This document shows positions 34,475 through 35,925 of a DNA stretch of 35,925 nt, one piece after another (position 1 is the stretch's first letter; every line of letters starts with the position of its first letter). Location of the stretch: contig JBJTYK010000074.1 in NCBI GenBank assembly GCA_046082745.1, positions 1 to 35,925 on the forward strand. The letters run 5' to 3'. A program made the position numbers and the translations under genes. Source of the DNA: Actinomycetota bacterium (GTDB lineage Bacteria; Actinomycetota; UBA4738; HRBIN12). The notes under the pieces were generated by a model. That model was not told where the DNA came from. It did no database searches and was given only the letters and a program-made list of their open reading frames with translations.

Positions 34475-35317
34475 TCAGCTCTGGCACTGCGGGCAGTAGT
34501 AGCTCGTCCGCCCGGAGACCTTCACGGTCTGGATCTTCGACCGGCAGCGCCGACAGGGCTGTCCGGCCCGACCGTGGACCTTGAGTTCGCTGCCGAACGC
34601 CCCCGGCTTGCCGAACAGGTCCACGTAGGCCTCGTCGGGCAGCGTCGTGCCCCGGTGGCGGATCGCCTCCTGGAGGACCTCCTGGAGCGCCCGGTAGAGG
34701 CGGCGGACCTCCTGGGAGGAGAGCGTGTCGGACATCCGATCGTGGCGCAGCCCGGCGTGGAACAGCACCTCGTCGGAGTAGATGTTCCCCAAGCCCGAGA
34801 TGAACTTCTGGTCCATGAGGATCTGCTTCATCTTCGCCTTGCGCTGGACGAGCGCGCCGCCGAAGGCGTTCCAGGTGAAGACGTGGTCGAGCGGGTCGAT
34901 CGCGATGTGCTGGAGCTCCTTCACCTTCCCGAGGTCGTCGGCCGTCGTCACGAAGAGCTCGCCGAACGTCCGGGGGTCCACGAAGCGCAGGTCGCCGCCC
35001 TGGGCGAACGTGATGACGACGTGGGTGTGGGGCGGCAGCGGCACCCGCTTCGTCGCCCGGAGGAACTGCCCGCTCATCCCGAAGTGGACGACGAGCACCT
35101 TGCCGTCGTCGAGGGCGACGAGGAGGTACTTCCCGCGCCGCTCGACCTTCGTCGCCTTCCGGCCGACGAGGAGGTCGACGAACTCCTTGCGCTTGCCGTG
35201 GCGGCGGATCGCGCGCATCGCGTTCTTCGACGGGCGCACCTCGACCTCGGCGATCTTGCGGCCGACGACGTCCTTCTCGAGGTCGCGCCGCATCACCTCC
35301 ACCTCGGGGAGCTCCAC
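34475..35317 (-). CDS. mutM: Formamidopyrimidine-DNA glycosylase family protein with an atypical N-terminus (no Pro after the initiator)
   Basis: ELPEVEV..., the H2TH motif LMDQKFISGLGNIYSDEVLFHAGL, and a C-terminal zinc finger CRRCRSKIQTVKVSGRTSYYCPQCQ. GTG 35317 directly follows the rnc TAG. The gene looks less GC-rich than its neighbours by eye. Confidence 0.85.
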   Translation of the reverse strand: MELPEVEVMRRDLEKDVVGRKIAEVEVRPSKNAMRAIRRHGKRKEFVDLLVGRKATKVERRGKYLLVALDDGKVLVVHFGMSGQFLRATKRVPLPPHTHVVITFAQGGDLRFVDPRTFGELFVTTADDLGKVKELQHIAIDPLDHVFTWNAFGGALVQRKAKMKQILMDQKFISGLGNIYSDEVLFHAGLRHDRMSDTLSSQEVRRLYRALQEVLQEAIRHRGTTLPDEAYVDLFGKPGAFGSELKVHGRAGQPCRRCRSKIQTVKVSGRTSYYCPQCQS

Positions 35318-35925
35318 CTACGCCTCCCCTCCCGCGCGAGCGTCGAGCACCTCGAGCGCGACCCGGGCGGCCTGCTGCTCGGCCTCCTTCTTCGAACGCC
35401 CCTCGCCGTCGCCGAGCGCCTCGCCGCCGAGGACGACCGTCGCGCGGAACTCCTTGCGGTGGTCGGGCCCGCGCTCCTCGATGCGGTACTCCGGCACCTC
35501 GTGCAGTTCGGCGGAGGCGCGCTGCTGCAGGAGCGACTTGTAGTCGCGACCGCCCTCGCCGCGGGCGTACGCGGCGATCCGGGGCCGGAAGAGGCGCTCG
35601 ACGAGCGCGTGGGCGGCCTCGACGCCGCGATCGAGGTAGACGGCCCCGATCACCGCCTCGAGGGCGTCCGCGAGGATGCTCGGCTTGTCCCGGCCCCCGC
35701 CCTTCTCCTCGCCCTTGCCGAGGAACACGGCCTCGCCGAGACCGAGCGAACGGGCCACCTCGGCGATCGCGGTCATGTTCACGATCGCGGCGCGCAGCGG
35801 CGCGAGTTCGCCCTCGTGGAGCTCGGGGAACCCGAGGTAGGCCATCTCCGCGATCGCGAGATCGAGGACGGCGTCCCCGAGGAACTCGAGCCGCTCGTTG
35901 TGCCCGTCGAGCCCCTCCTCGAACG
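35318..35925 (-). CDS. rnc: Ribonuclease III (N-terminus outside the window)
   Basis: Own translation to the window edge gives FEEGLDGHNERLEFLGDAVLDLAIAEMAY... (RNase III signature). A C-terminal dsRBD follows (DYKSLLQQ...GRSKKEAEQQAARVAL). Confidence 0.93.
   Translation of the reverse strand, partial: FEEGLDGHNERLEFLGDAVLDLAIAEMAYLGFPELHEGELAPLRAAIVNMTAIAEVARSLGLGEAVFLGKGEEKGGGRDKPSILADALEAVIGAVYLDRGVEAAHALVERLFRPRIAAYARGEGGRDYKSLLQQRASAELHEVPEYRIEERGPDHRKEFRATVVLGGEALGDGEGRSKKEAEQQAARVALEVLDARAGGEA

Overview
Very GC-rich, compact actinobacterial-type chromosomal segment (GC judged by eye, not computed). The ORF track is full of long Arg/Gly/Asp-rich off-frame and antisense ORFs. I rejected those using GC3 bias and recognisable protein motifs. 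Most real genes are on the minus strand. They follow the conserved actinobacterial housekeeping backbone known from Mycobacterium and Streptomyces: rnc-mutM-smc ... rpsP-KH-rimM-trmD-rplS ... rnhB-DUF2469-yraN-comM-dprA-xerC ... rpsB-tsf-pyrH-frr-cdsA-dxr-rseP-ispG ... proS. Many junctions are 4-nt stop/start overlaps. No tRNA, rRNA, CRISPR, transposase or phage genes were seen. The main non-backbone element is a ~6.7-kb plus-strand island (22966-29658) between trmD and rimM, which are normally adjacent. The island encodes: (1) two tandem paralogous membrane proteins with a PqqD/RRE-like N-domain, an M50/site-2-protease core (HExxH plus NxxPxxxLDG) and two cyclic-nucleotide-binding domains; (2) a small Cys-rich zinc-ribbon protein; (3) four tandem genes for 39-43-aa Lys-rich peptides with a conserved N-terminal ~31 residues and divergent C-terminal tails; (4) a Crp/Fnr regulator. 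Both peptide transcription units are preceded by TGTGA-N6-TCAC(A/G) Crp-type palindromes, one of them perfect. I propose this as a candidate cNMP-controlled peptide/protease module of unknown function. Secondary observations are an apparent frameshift in a long N-terminal extension of cdsA, an Fpg lacking the catalytic N-terminal proline, Ala/Glu-rich tails on L19 and S16, a secreted Cys-rich protein inserted at the yraN/DUF2469 junction, and recurrent TAGnCT-type -10 boxes that imply leaderless mRNAs.
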